DNA of 46,657 bases. Source: Bacteroidales bacterium. Its GTDB lineage: Bacteria; Bacteroidota; Bacteroidia; Bacteroidales; JAGODS01. The stretch spans positions 1 through 46,657 of the forward strand of contig JAGODS010000001.1 of the NCBI GenBank assembly GCA_017998135.1. The letters are read 5' to 3'. This document shows positions 1-8,485 of the stretch, in pieces. Position numbers and translations under genes: made by a program. Numbering within the stretch: the stretch's first letter is position 1; the number at the start of each line of letters is the position of its first letter. The notes beneath the pieces were generated by a model. It made no database searches. It was not told the DNA's origin and saw only the letters and a list, made by a program, of their open reading frames with translations.

Positions 1-131
1 GATATATTGGCATCTGCATCTGCATATTGTCTAATTTTAAATCCAGCAAAATTAAGACAATTGTGCTTGCGAGAAACCTATTTGTAAAATATTGATTGTA
101 AGTAACAGGTCAGGAGTTCTGAATTTACAAC

Positions 132-170
132 CGTGCATAGTATAAAAAGTCTAAAATTATTTAATATTTT
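132..170 (-). repeat. R7-family repeat copy
   Basis: The reverse complement AAAATATTAAATAATTTTAGACTTTTTATACTATGCACG matches 15346..15384 with a single mismatch over 39 nt. Confidence 0.75.
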
Positions 171-283
171 CTTTAATGCTTTAATTATCAATAGCCTCAG
201 ATAAACACATTTAAACACAGAAAAATTAAAATCTGGGAAAGAAATCTTTTAGATAAAGTTTGAAAATCAATCAGGTAAAAGAA

Positions 284-3280
284 TTAAAATTTATAATCTC
301 CGTTAACATCTCCAAAACATATAGTTTTCAGGTTGATATTTTGATTGTTAAGATAAATTGTAATTTTTTGGGGAGGAAAATACCAGTCGCCTGATTTAAA
401 GTTTTCAAGTGAGCCTATAAAACGCCTGTTAATAATAAGAGCATCAAGCGGATTTATAATATTATCAGAGTTTACATCAGAGGCTATTCGTTTTATTTTA
501 TCCGATATTTTATATCTGCTAAGATAATTATTAATAAGCAAAAGAGCATCTTCAAAATTAGAGCCGCCCCATTGTTTATTGATATTTGAAGATATGGTAT
601 AAATGCCGTTGCGTAAGTTATTAAATTGAAAATATCCTGTAGAGTCGGATAATACGGAGTCAATAACAATGCTTTCTTTATCTTTTAAGTAAAGCCTTAA
701 TTGGGTGATAGGAGTATTTTCAGAATTGGCATAAGTAATAGTGCCGTCAAGTTTGTAATAGCTTACAGGGATTATATTAATTTTAATGCTGTCGTAAGTA
801 TAGCAGCCTTTATTGTTGGTAGCAGTAACAGAATATATATGGTCGCCAAGATTTAAAAGGGATGTATTAATATTTAATTCGGGATTTTCGGAATTATCGT
901 TCCATTTGTAAAGATAATCATTATTACCGGCATTAAGAATAAAAGTCTGGTCATTGCAAATAGTTGTATCTTTTCCGAGATTAATTTCGGGGAGGTCTTT
1001 TATTTTGATGTTTATTTCGCCTTTGGCAGTACAGATGCCGTTAGAGACAGTAAAATTGTAAATAGTATTTTTTATAGGTTTAGCGTAAGGATAGGGAATA
1101 TCAATTGAATTTAATCCGTCAGCAGGCGACCAGTGAACTGAAAGCGACCTGCTGTCAAATCCAAGACTCACTTTAGCAAAGCCAGAAGTGTTGAGTATAT
1201 TTTTCAGGTAAATCCCGTCTTTATAGGTTATCATAATAACAGGGATTTTAACCTGAGCGCCATAACTTCCTGCAGCAGGAGAGACTAAGCTGTAGCTTTG
1301 CTGTTTATCCACGATAATAACAGCTTTAGCCCCGGCTTCCTGAGCTTTTAAGGCTTTGAACCCAAATTCGCAGTCGCCCCTGTCTATCATAGCTATTTTG
1401 CCTATTAATTTGTCTTGATTGAAGCCGTTGGGGGAGCAGCCGTTATAGCTATTAGCCTGGTCTTTTTCATAAACAAGATTACCTGAAATAAAAGATGTTT
1501 TAACTGAACCGCCGAAGGATGCAAGGGCTATGTTTGTGTATTTTTTATAAACAGGCTCAAATAAAATTAAATAATTTCCTGTAGGCAATATTAAAGAAGG
1601 TGTTAGTTGAACGCTGTCCATACAATTAATAGTAATTTCGGAAGGCGCTTCAACATTGAAAACCGAGATATTAACGGTATTTGAAACAGCGGCGCAGCCT
1701 TCTTTATTAGTAATTACAACAGAATAGCTGCCTGATTCGGAAACAGTCAGATTAGAATTAGTCGCTCCTGCAATATCATTAATACCTTTTTGCCATTGGA
1801 AGTTTGTATTTGGATCCGAATTAGCGAGTAGTGACACTGTTTCTCCTGCACATATATTTATTGAATCTGCAGGAGTAATGCTTGCTTTCGGAGGGTTGCA
1901 GGTGTTATAAGTATAGGCTTTAATACAGAGGTCGTAAGGTATATTTGTCCCCGTTCCAATGGCAGTCCAGTTTTTTCCATTAGTTCCTAACCAACATTTT
2001 CCCGTTTCTATGGTAGGATTGGAATAACCGTACATTTTCATTTCTACAGGTACAGGCTGATTGTAGCCCGGGGTGTAATATTTAATTTTAATAAAGAAAT
2101 CTTTTCCTTTAGTTAATAAAACTTTTGAAGGTAAATCAAAAGTATAATAACCGGGTAAAGGGCAGGTCTGTCCGTATAAAGAGGAAAGCATAGTTCCAAG
2201 AGAAGTGCCGTTGAAACTGTCGTAAATTTCAATATCAATTTTACAGTCAGAAGCAGTAACCCAGGTTCCTACTTTAGTAAGTGGGTTATTATCAACTGTG
2301 GTGAATTTTATTAGGGCATAAGCGCTTTCGTTTTTGTTACCCCAGTCGCGAACCCAGCCCAGGTCGTCATAATAATAAAGCTTTGAAGCAGCATAAAAAT
2401 CATTCTTTACAGGAAAATAAGCATTCTCGGATAAAGCAATTTTGTCATTATAAGAAATATAACCAAAGCCTTTTTCACCCCAACTGCTGCTCCAGCTATT
2501 TTTTATTATCCAGGCGCCAGTACCACCGGCGGTCTGCTTTGTATCGTTCCACCCGACTAATAAAACAGCGTGATTTGCAAATTGTGATGCATCGGGACAA
2601 TAATAGGTATAATTTGATTTGGTATAATATTCATCAGAATAATAGAAAGCCATATATAAAGCTCCATAATCCATAATTGCCTGCTTGATTGCGTCCATAT
2701 CATTAGGAACAAATCGTGCATCGCACACATAAGAGACAGGCGTAAGTCCAGAAGGGCAATTGTTTGCTTTGGCTGTATAAGGGTCATCTTTTTCAGTATA
2801 AGGACCCGAAAGCCTTGCCAGATAAGAAGTAGCCATTAAAGCATTACCGCCCATACAGGAAGCATATTCAAAGTGATGGCAATTATTCATATTGTCTTCA
2901 GACAAATCAAAAGTCCCTGCTTTAAGCATAAGCCAGCGGCTTTCAACAGCGCCTAAAGCGGCAAAAGACCAGCAGGCGCCGCAATCGCCCTGATATTTAA
3001 CTGAAGTCAGCAATCCCAAAGTCCTCAAATCATAAGTTGCAGGAAAATCGTTTTTACTTTTTTTCTTTTTCTTAAAATAATTAGTAAAGTCGGGCTTGGC
3101 GGGCGAAGGTATATAGCCTAAAGGGAAACCGTCTTTGCTGGAATTAATAAACTTATCTGCTTCTATCGCAACTCTATATTTTAAAAAATCAGGATTTAAA
3201 GGAGATAAAACGCCCTCACCCTGCGAATAAGCTTTTATGGCAAATAAGATAAAGAATAATATATATAGTAAACGCTGCAT
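284..3280 (-). CDS. Secreted multidomain papain-family (C1) cysteine peptidase with PA domain, Ig-like repeats and C-terminal dockerin-like module
   Basis: ORF 284..3322. The start is more likely Met15 (ATG at 3280), giving signal peptide MQRLLYILFFILFAIKAYSQ. C1 catalytic motifs are QGDCGACWSFAALGAVES (Cys), ANHAVLLVGW (His) and IIKNSWSSSWGEKG (Asn/Trp). PA-domain-like stretch GKIAMIDRGDCEFGFKALKAQEAGAKAVIIVD. The C-terminus DVNSDNIINPLDALIINRRFIG...CFGDVNGDYKF resembles dockerin Ca-binding repeats. Confidence 0.85.
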   Translation of the reverse strand: MQRLLYILFFILFAIKAYSQGEGVLSPLNPDFLKYRVAIEADKFINSSKDGFPLGYIPSPAKPDFTNYFKKKKKSKNDFPATYDLRTLGLLTSVKYQGDCGACWSFAALGAVESRWLMLKAGTFDLSEDNMNNCHHFEYASCMGGNALMATSYLARLSGPYTEKDDPYTAKANNCPSGLTPVSYVCDARFVPNDMDAIKQAIMDYGALYMAFYYSDEYYTKSNYTYYCPDASQFANHAVLLVGWNDTKQTAGGTGAWIIKNSWSSSWGEKGFGYISYNDKIALSENAYFPVKNDFYAASKLYYYDDLGWVRDWGNKNESAYALIKFTTVDNNPLTKVGTWVTASDCKIDIEIYDSFNGTSLGTMLSSLYGQTCPLPGYYTFDLPSKVLLTKGKDFFIKIKYYTPGYNQPVPVEMKMYGYSNPTIETGKCWLGTNGKNWTAIGTGTNIPYDLCIKAYTYNTCNPPKASITPADSINICAGETVSLLANSDPNTNFQWQKGINDIAGATNSNLTVSESGSYSVVITNKEGCAAVSNTVNISVFNVEAPSEITINCMDSVQLTPSLILPTGNYLILFEPVYKKYTNIALASFGGSVKTSFISGNLVYEKDQANSYNGCSPNGFNQDKLIGKIAMIDRGDCEFGFKALKAQEAGAKAVIIVDKQQSYSLVSPAAGSYGAQVKIPVIMITYKDGIYLKNILNTSGFAKVSLGFDSRSLSVHWSPADGLNSIDIPYPYAKPIKNTIYNFTVSNGICTAKGEINIKIKDLPEINLGKDTTICNDQTFILNAGNNDYLYKWNDNSENPELNINTSLLNLGDHIYSVTATNNKGCYTYDSIKINIIPVSYYKLDGTITYANSENTPITQLRLYLKDKESIVIDSVLSDSTGYFQFNNLRNGIYTISSNINKQWGGSNFEDALLLINNYLSRYKISDKIKRIASDVNSDNIINPLDALIINRRFIGSLENFKSGDWYFPPQKITIYLNNQNINLKTICFGDVNGDYKF

Positions 3281-3392
3281 AAATTTAAAAATGATTAGAT
3301 GCAAAATTAAATATTTTATCATATCCCTTTATGTTAATTTTTAAAAAGATTGTAAATAATTAACAATTATAAAATGTTAAACATTTTTTGTT

Positions 3393-3400
3393 TATTTTTG
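3393..3400 (+). promoter_or_regulatory. Candidate Bacteroidota -7 promoter box (TAnnTTTG)
   Basis: TATTTTTG lies 19 nt upstream of the ATG at 3419. It sits inside the 5' extension of ORF 3374, which argues for the 3419 start. Confidence 0.35.
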
Positions 3401-3418
3401 CATCTTTTTATTATTATT

Positions 3419-5761
3419 ATGAGAATTACAATATTAAGTTTCTTTATATTTATAGTTATAGCAGCTTATACACAAACAGGCTTTAATCCTGATTTGATTT
3501 CATTGTCTCCAAATGCAAAGGAAATTAAAAGCAAAAGAACGGCAAACAGCCGCTTTTATAAAAATGCTGATGGTTCTGAAACTGCGCTTTTTCTTGCGGA
3601 TAATTTGACAGGAACCTATAATCCTGAAACCGGGTCTAATTGGACAGGGTCCGTAACCGGTAATGGAGTTATACAATCTAATAATCAGCTTATGTTCGGA
3701 TATATAAGCAGTCAGTGGGTTTGCGGATGGATAAAATTTAATATCTCAGCCCTTAGTAAAGCGGCTTTGGTTAATGAGGTAAGCCTTACTACAGTCAGGT
3801 CAAGCTTTTATACGGGCAGTTATTCCGATTTACTTTTATGGACAGATATTAAAGCTATGAAAATCGACCCTACAGGTATAGTTTCAGGGTCAGAATTATT
3901 TAATCATATTGTTAACAGCAGGGTTTATGATGACACCAAGCAATGGAGCGACGATAAAAACAGTCATAGTAAATCTTTTACCAATATAATCGGGGGTGTT
4001 GGTTCGCTAGCATCTGCCGATGTTGAAGAACAGATTGATAAGGGCTGGTTTGCAATCGCTTTCAGACCTACTTCGGTTTATTATGGTTATGATACTTATG
4101 CCGAACTCTATAATGATAAAAGCGGAAATTATCATCCTGTTCTTTCTGTTACTTATAATTTACCCGAAGATGGTCTAAAACCTGTTGTTTTTTCCACTTC
4201 CCAGACCTCTCAGAATGACCAATATATTATTAATCTTAAATGGAATAAAGTTATAGATGCTAACTTATACGATTTGAATTATTCTGAGGATGGGAAAAGC
4301 TGGAAAAATCTTTACAGTGGTGTAGATAATAAATATAGTCATAATTGTGGCGATAAAGCAGCTAAGTTATTTTATTATACTGTAACTGCTCATAAAACCG
4401 ATAATACTACAATAACTTCCGAAGTTTTTAAGACTTACACTCAGGCTTCCGCACCTACTATGCCGGTTGTTTCGTCTTTGGGTAAGGATTTTATTACTCT
4501 TAAAATCGGAGAAGATAATAACAGTGATTCTGTATTATATGCGATATTTTGTAAAACTACAAGCCAGTATGTTCAGATTGACGGCAGTTTATCTGCAACG
4601 CCTGCATACAGGAGCAAAAAGCAATGGGGCAATATTAAGATAACAGGTTTGACCCTCGGACAGGAATATTGTTTTTATATTATTGCTGAAAACGGAACAG
4701 GTGTTATTTCTTATATTCCTTCTCAAAATATTTTATTCCAAAAAGAAGAATTTAACTCTGACATTATTAACAGTATTAGCAAAACTAATAAACAGGAATG
4801 GCGTTGTATTACAGAGGGTCAGCCAGAAGCAGCCGATTATATAGCTTCAGGAGGCAATAGCGGCGGTTATGCAGGGTATAAGGGTATAACAGCTAACAGA
4901 TATATGTATTCTTTTCTGCGTATGCCCTCTATCAATTGCACAGGCAGAGACAAAATTACTCTTAGTTTTGATATGGCTAATTCATTTATTTCAAGTCATT
5001 ATAAACCGACTAATCAATATGGCAGCGACAGAATAGTAGTTAGCGCTGATGATAATAATCTTAATACTATAATGGAGAAATATCTTGTTTTTGACAAGGA
5101 AAGAAAATGGGAACATATAGAAATTGATATTGATTTAACAGGTGTATCAAATAAAGCAGTAATAAATATTGTTTTTTCCATATATTGTCCTTTTGAGAAT
5201 ACCGATACCCAGATTTACCTGGCTGGAATAGACAATGTTATGGTTTATGAAAGTCTGCCGCCGCTTTGTGTTACAACCCAGGAGGTACAATATTATAAGG
5301 TTGAGGGCAAAGTTAATTATAATAATACATCCAAAACGCCTTTAAGCGATGTTACTGTTTTTCTAAATGATAAAGAAGGTGCTAAAATTGATTCAACACA
5401 AACAGATGTTGATGGAACTTATGTTTTTCAGACCGTATCGGATGGAGATTATATTATAACAGCAAAAACCAAAAAAGCACAGAAGGGAGTTAACCCGATA
5501 GACGCCTTAATAATAAACAGGTATTTTATTAGTTTATTTTCATTTCCTGATAAATTCAGGAAGTCTGCTGCTGATGTTAACAAAGACGGGTTGGTTAATC
5601 CGCTGGATGCTCTTTACATAAACAGGCGTTTTATAGGCATACTTAAATTTTTCCCTTCAGGTGACTGGTTGTTTGAAAAAGTTAATATAAATGTAAATGG
5701 AGCAGCTGTTAACCAGGATATTAAAGGAATTTGTTTTGGGGATGTGGATGCTTCATATTAA
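3419..5761 (+). CDS. Secreted protein of unknown function with FN3-like repeats and C-terminal dockerin-like module
   Basis: ORF 3374..5761. The internal Met16 (3419) gives signal peptide MRITILSFFIFIVIAAYTQ. The middle region has FN3-like segments (e.g. PVVFSTSQTSQNDQYIINLKWNKV..., APTMPVVSSLGKDFITLKIGE...). The last ~150 aa (YYKVEGKVNYNN...ADVNKDGLVNPLDALYINRRFIG...CFGDVDASY) align with the C-terminus of the neighbouring protease. Confidence 0.7.
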   Translation: MRITILSFFIFIVIAAYTQTGFNPDLISLSPNAKEIKSKRTANSRFYKNADGSETALFLADNLTGTYNPETGSNWTGSVTGNGVIQSNNQLMFGYISSQWVCGWIKFNISALSKAALVNEVSLTTVRSSFYTGSYSDLLLWTDIKAMKIDPTGIVSGSELFNHIVNSRVYDDTKQWSDDKNSHSKSFTNIIGGVGSLASADVEEQIDKGWFAIAFRPTSVYYGYDTYAELYNDKSGNYHPVLSVTYNLPEDGLKPVVFSTSQTSQNDQYIINLKWNKVIDANLYDLNYSEDGKSWKNLYSGVDNKYSHNCGDKAAKLFYYTVTAHKTDNTTITSEVFKTYTQASAPTMPVVSSLGKDFITLKIGEDNNSDSVLYAIFCKTTSQYVQIDGSLSATPAYRSKKQWGNIKITGLTLGQEYCFYIIAENGTGVISYIPSQNILFQKEEFNSDIINSISKTNKQEWRCITEGQPEAADYIASGGNSGGYAGYKGITANRYMYSFLRMPSINCTGRDKITLSFDMANSFISSHYKPTNQYGSDRIVVSADDNNLNTIMEKYLVFDKERKWEHIEIDIDLTGVSNKAVINIVFSIYCPFENTDTQIYLAGIDNVMVYESLPPLCVTTQEVQYYKVEGKVNYNNTSKTPLSDVTVFLNDKEGAKIDSTQTDVDGTYVFQTVSDGDYIITAKTKKAQKGVNPIDALIINRYFISLFSFPDKFRKSAADVNKDGLVNPLDALYINRRFIGILKFFPSGDWLFEKVNINVNGAAVNQDIKGICFGDVDASY

Positions 5762-5765
5762 TTCA

Positions 5766-5860
5766 AGGGGACTTCTAAAAACTAATTAAAATTTAACCTC
5801 ACCCTTACCCTCTCCTAATTTTAGGAGAGGGAAAACGGAGTTTTTAGAGATACCCTCAAT
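5766..5860. repeat. Nested inverted repeat (composite palindrome)
   Basis: The inner element is a perfect 11-bp stem, CCCTCTCCTAA-TT-TTAGGAGAGGG (5808..5831). The outer arms GGGGACTTCTAAAAACT / AGTTTTTAGAGATACCC are imperfectly complementary. A related TTAGGAGAGGA word occurs at about 38334. Confidence 0.6.
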
Positions 5861-5923
5861 TCAAATTGCTATCTTTATTAAAATAGAGCTAAAACAAATA
5901 ATTAATTACTATTCTTTATTTAT

Positions 5924-6802
5924 ATGTTAAAATCAATGACAGGCTTTGGCAGTGCCGAACTGCAAGGCGATAATAAAAAAATTACTATTGAAGTAAAAAC
6001 TATTAATAGTAAGAATCTTGATTTTTTTTATAAAACAAATGACCCTTTATACAAATTAAAAGAACCTGATTTAAGAATACTTGCAGCGGAAATTCTTAAA
6101 CGAGGAAAAATTGAAATAAGTATTATGATTGAGAATTATGGCAAGGAAGCTACTTCTAAAATTAATACTAAACTTGCTGAAAATTATTATAAAGACTTAA
6201 AACAGATAGCTGATGTTACTAAAATGCAGACAACAGGTATTGATTATTTGCAAATAATTATGCATCTTCCTGATGTGTTAATAAATAATTCTGAAGAAAT
6301 CAGTGAAACAGAATGGCTGAGTTTGAGAAATCAAATAATTAAAGCCTTTAATGATACAGATGAATTTAGAATTAAAGAAGGTAAAATATTAGAAAAGGAT
6401 ATTATCCAGCATATAGAAAATATACTTAAAAACCTTAATAAAATAGAAGGTTTTGAACCGCAGCGGATTAATAAAATAAAAGACAGGATAATTAATAATT
6501 TTAATAGTTTTTTATCAGACAAACAAATTGATAATAACAGGTTTGAACAGGAGTTGTTTTTTTATATTGAAAGGATGGATTTTTCGGAAGAAAAAATAAG
6601 ACTAAAAAAACATTGCGATTATTTCTTAGAAACTATTAAAGAGGAAGAATGTGGGAAAAAACTTTCTTTTATTTCACAGGAAATAGGCAGGGAAATTAAT
6701 ACTTTGGGCTCTAAAGCCAATGATGCAAATATCCAACAATTAGTAGTTCAGATGAAAGATGAACTGGAGAAAATCAAGGAACAATTATTAAATATATTGT
6801 AA
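5924..6802 (+). CDS. yicC: YicC-family stress-induced protein
   Basis: 292 aa. N-terminus MLKSMTGFG and C-terminal ISQEIGREINTLGSKAND are characteristic of the YicC N- and C-terminal domains. The yicC-gmk-nadD order is common in Bacteroidota. Confidence 0.85.
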   Translation: MLKSMTGFGSAELQGDNKKITIEVKTINSKNLDFFYKTNDPLYKLKEPDLRILAAEILKRGKIEISIMIENYGKEATSKINTKLAENYYKDLKQIADVTKMQTTGIDYLQIIMHLPDVLINNSEEISETEWLSLRNQIIKAFNDTDEFRIKEGKILEKDIIQHIENILKNLNKIEGFEPQRINKIKDRIINNFNSFLSDKQIDNNRFEQELFFYIERMDFSEEKIRLKKHCDYFLETIKEEECGKKLSFISQEIGREINTLGSKANDANIQQLVVQMKDELEKIKEQLLNIL

Positions 6803-6996
6803 ATAAGATATTTATAACAATATCTTCAAAATGTATTTATTATTATTTTTGCAGTTTTAAATTTTCACAAAAGCTGCAAAGAATTTTCTCTGCGAATTTT
6901 GTGAGAAAGAAATATTTTATTTTTATAAATAATTCAGGTTAAATCTTTTTCTTTTAGATATAAAAGGAGAGTATAGAAAAAAGGAAGCAACTTAAA

Positions 6997-7575
6997 ATGT
7001 ATATAAAAAGCAACAAAATAATCATATTTTCCGCTCCTTCGGGAGCAGGAAAGACTACAATAGCGAAAGAAATATTAAAACGTATTACTTCACTTGAGTT
7101 TTCTGTATCTGCCTGTAGCAGGGAAATGAGAGCAGGCGAAAAAGAAGGAGTGGACTATTATTTTCTTTCAGTTGATGAATTTAAGAAAAAGATTGAACTG
7201 GATGAATTTCTTGAATGGCAGGAAGTTTATCCCGGTAGCTTTTACGGTACTTTGAAAAGCGAGGTTGAGCGAATCTGGTCTAAAGGAAAAAACGTTATTT
7301 TTGATGTTGATACTTTCGGAGGATTAAATATCAAAAAGATGTATGGTAATAAAGCCCTGGCTCTTTTTATTAAAACCGATACTTTTGAAACATTAGAGAA
7401 AAGGCTTAAAGCAAGAGGGACTGAGAATGTAGAATCAATGAACAAAAGAATGACAAAAGCGAAACTTGAGTTAGCACATTCAAATGAATTTGACAGAATT
7501 ATAATTAATGAAAACCTTGAAAAAGCTATTAATGAAGTTTATAATATTATTTATAATTTTCTGAATACTAATTAA
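6997..7575 (+). CDS. gmk: Guanylate kinase
   Basis: 192 aa with P-loop SAPSGAGKTT, then CSREMRAGEKEGVDYYFLS and LEWQEVYPGSFYGT, the typical guanylate kinase core. Confidence 0.9.
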   Translation: MYIKSNKIIIFSAPSGAGKTTIAKEILKRITSLEFSVSACSREMRAGEKEGVDYYFLSVDEFKKKIELDEFLEWQEVYPGSFYGTLKSEVERIWSKGKNVIFDVDTFGGLNIKKMYGNKALALFIKTDTFETLEKRLKARGTENVESMNKRMTKAKLELAHSNEFDRIIINENLEKAINEVYNIIYNFLNTN

Positions 7576-7620
7576 TAAAAGCATAACTTATTGTTTTATA
7601 TGTATTATTCTGATTAATTA

Positions 7621-7689
7621 GTATACATCCATAATCTCAAAATTAATGATATTTAATCTCAAAGAACTCAAATAATAAAGCACAAAGAA
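7621..7689 (-). repeat. ~70-bp dispersed intergenic element (family R3), copy 1
   Basis: The reverse complement reads TTCTTTGTGCTTTATTATTTGAGTTCTTTGAG...TTGAGATTATGGATGTATAC. It aligns with the copies at 34556 and 38363. Confidence 0.7.
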
Positions 7690-7824
7690 TTATGGATGGA
7701 CATTAATGAAAGCACTATAGAAAGTATCTAATAATTAAATGATTTGGACTAAAGCCCTGATAATGTGAAAAAACTATCTATTCCCCCTATCTAAAGATAG
7801 TGGTTATTGATAATCGAAGGATTA

Positions 7825-7870
7825 AAAAAATATTAAATAATTTTAGACGAAGCGTGGATGCTTTGCCTAA
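7825..7870. repeat. Composite of AT-rich module R7 (AAATATTAAATAATTTTAGAC) and 27-bp hairpin module R1
   Basis: AAAAAATATTAAATAATTTTAGACGAAGCGTGGATGCTTTGCCTAA. The R7 part recurs at 15346 and, reverse-complemented, at 132. The R1 hairpin part TTAGACGAAGCG-TGGA-TGCTTTGCCTAA recurs at 12337, 15233 and 26223. Confidence 0.7.
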
Positions 7871-7906
7871 GGTGGTTAAAAAATTAACAAATATTCAAAG
7901 TAAACA

Positions 7907-8485
7907 ATGAAACATATAGGATTATTTTTTGGTTCTTATAATCCGTTACATATCGGGCATCTTATAATAGGCAGTTATTTTGCCGAATTTACCGATTTGA
8001 ATGAGGTATGGTTTGTTGTAACGCCACAAAATCCTTTAAAGCAGAAAAATGCAATGCTTGAAGACCATCAGCGTCTGCATTTAGTCAGATTAGCAACCGA
8101 AGATAGTATTACCCTGAAAGCCTGCGATATTGAATTTCACCTGCCTATGCCCTCTTATACAATAAACACTCTTGTAAATCTGGAAGAAAAATATTCTGAT
8201 AAAAAGTTTTCATTGATTATGGGAGCTGATAATTACCTGAGTTTGCATAAATGGAAAAATTATCAATTAATCAGGCAGAAATATAATTTATATGTATATC
8301 CCCGGAAATCATTTGAAGATATTCAAACCGATGCAGATAAAAATGTTATTTTTGCACCCGCTCCGCTAATTGAGCTTTCGTCAAGTTTTATTCGCGAAGC
8401 TATTAAAAATAAGAAAAATGTCAGGTATATGTTACCTGAAAAAGTTTATAATTATATTTCAGAGATGCATTTTTATGAAAAATAG
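7907..8485 (+). CDS. nadD: Nicotinate-nucleotide adenylyltransferase
   Basis: 192 aa. N-terminal GLFFGSYNPLHIGHL (the (T/H)xGH nucleotidyltransferase motif) and the C-terminal SSSFIREAI (ISST-like) motif are typical of NadD. Confidence 0.9.
   Translation: MKHIGLFFGSYNPLHIGHLIIGSYFAEFTDLNEVWFVVTPQNPLKQKNAMLEDHQRLHLVRLATEDSITLKACDIEFHLPMPSYTINTLVNLEEKYSDKKFSLIMGADNYLSLHKWKNYQLIRQKYNLYVYPRKSFEDIQTDADKNVIFAPAPLIELSSSFIREAIKNKKNVRYMLPEKVYNYISEMHFYEK

Noticed and set aside
8370-8474. Long N-terminal extensions given by the ORF track (8370 for DPP4, 18132 for hydA, 29382 for birA, 3374 and 3322 for the divergent secreted pair, 24389 for ribF, 41342 for the GATase-like gene)
   Set aside because: In each case an internal ATG gives a canonical signal peptide or family-typical N-terminus and removes an overlap with the upstream gene or a predicted -7 promoter box. 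The extended segments are hydrophobic or low-complexity read-through of intergenic sequence.
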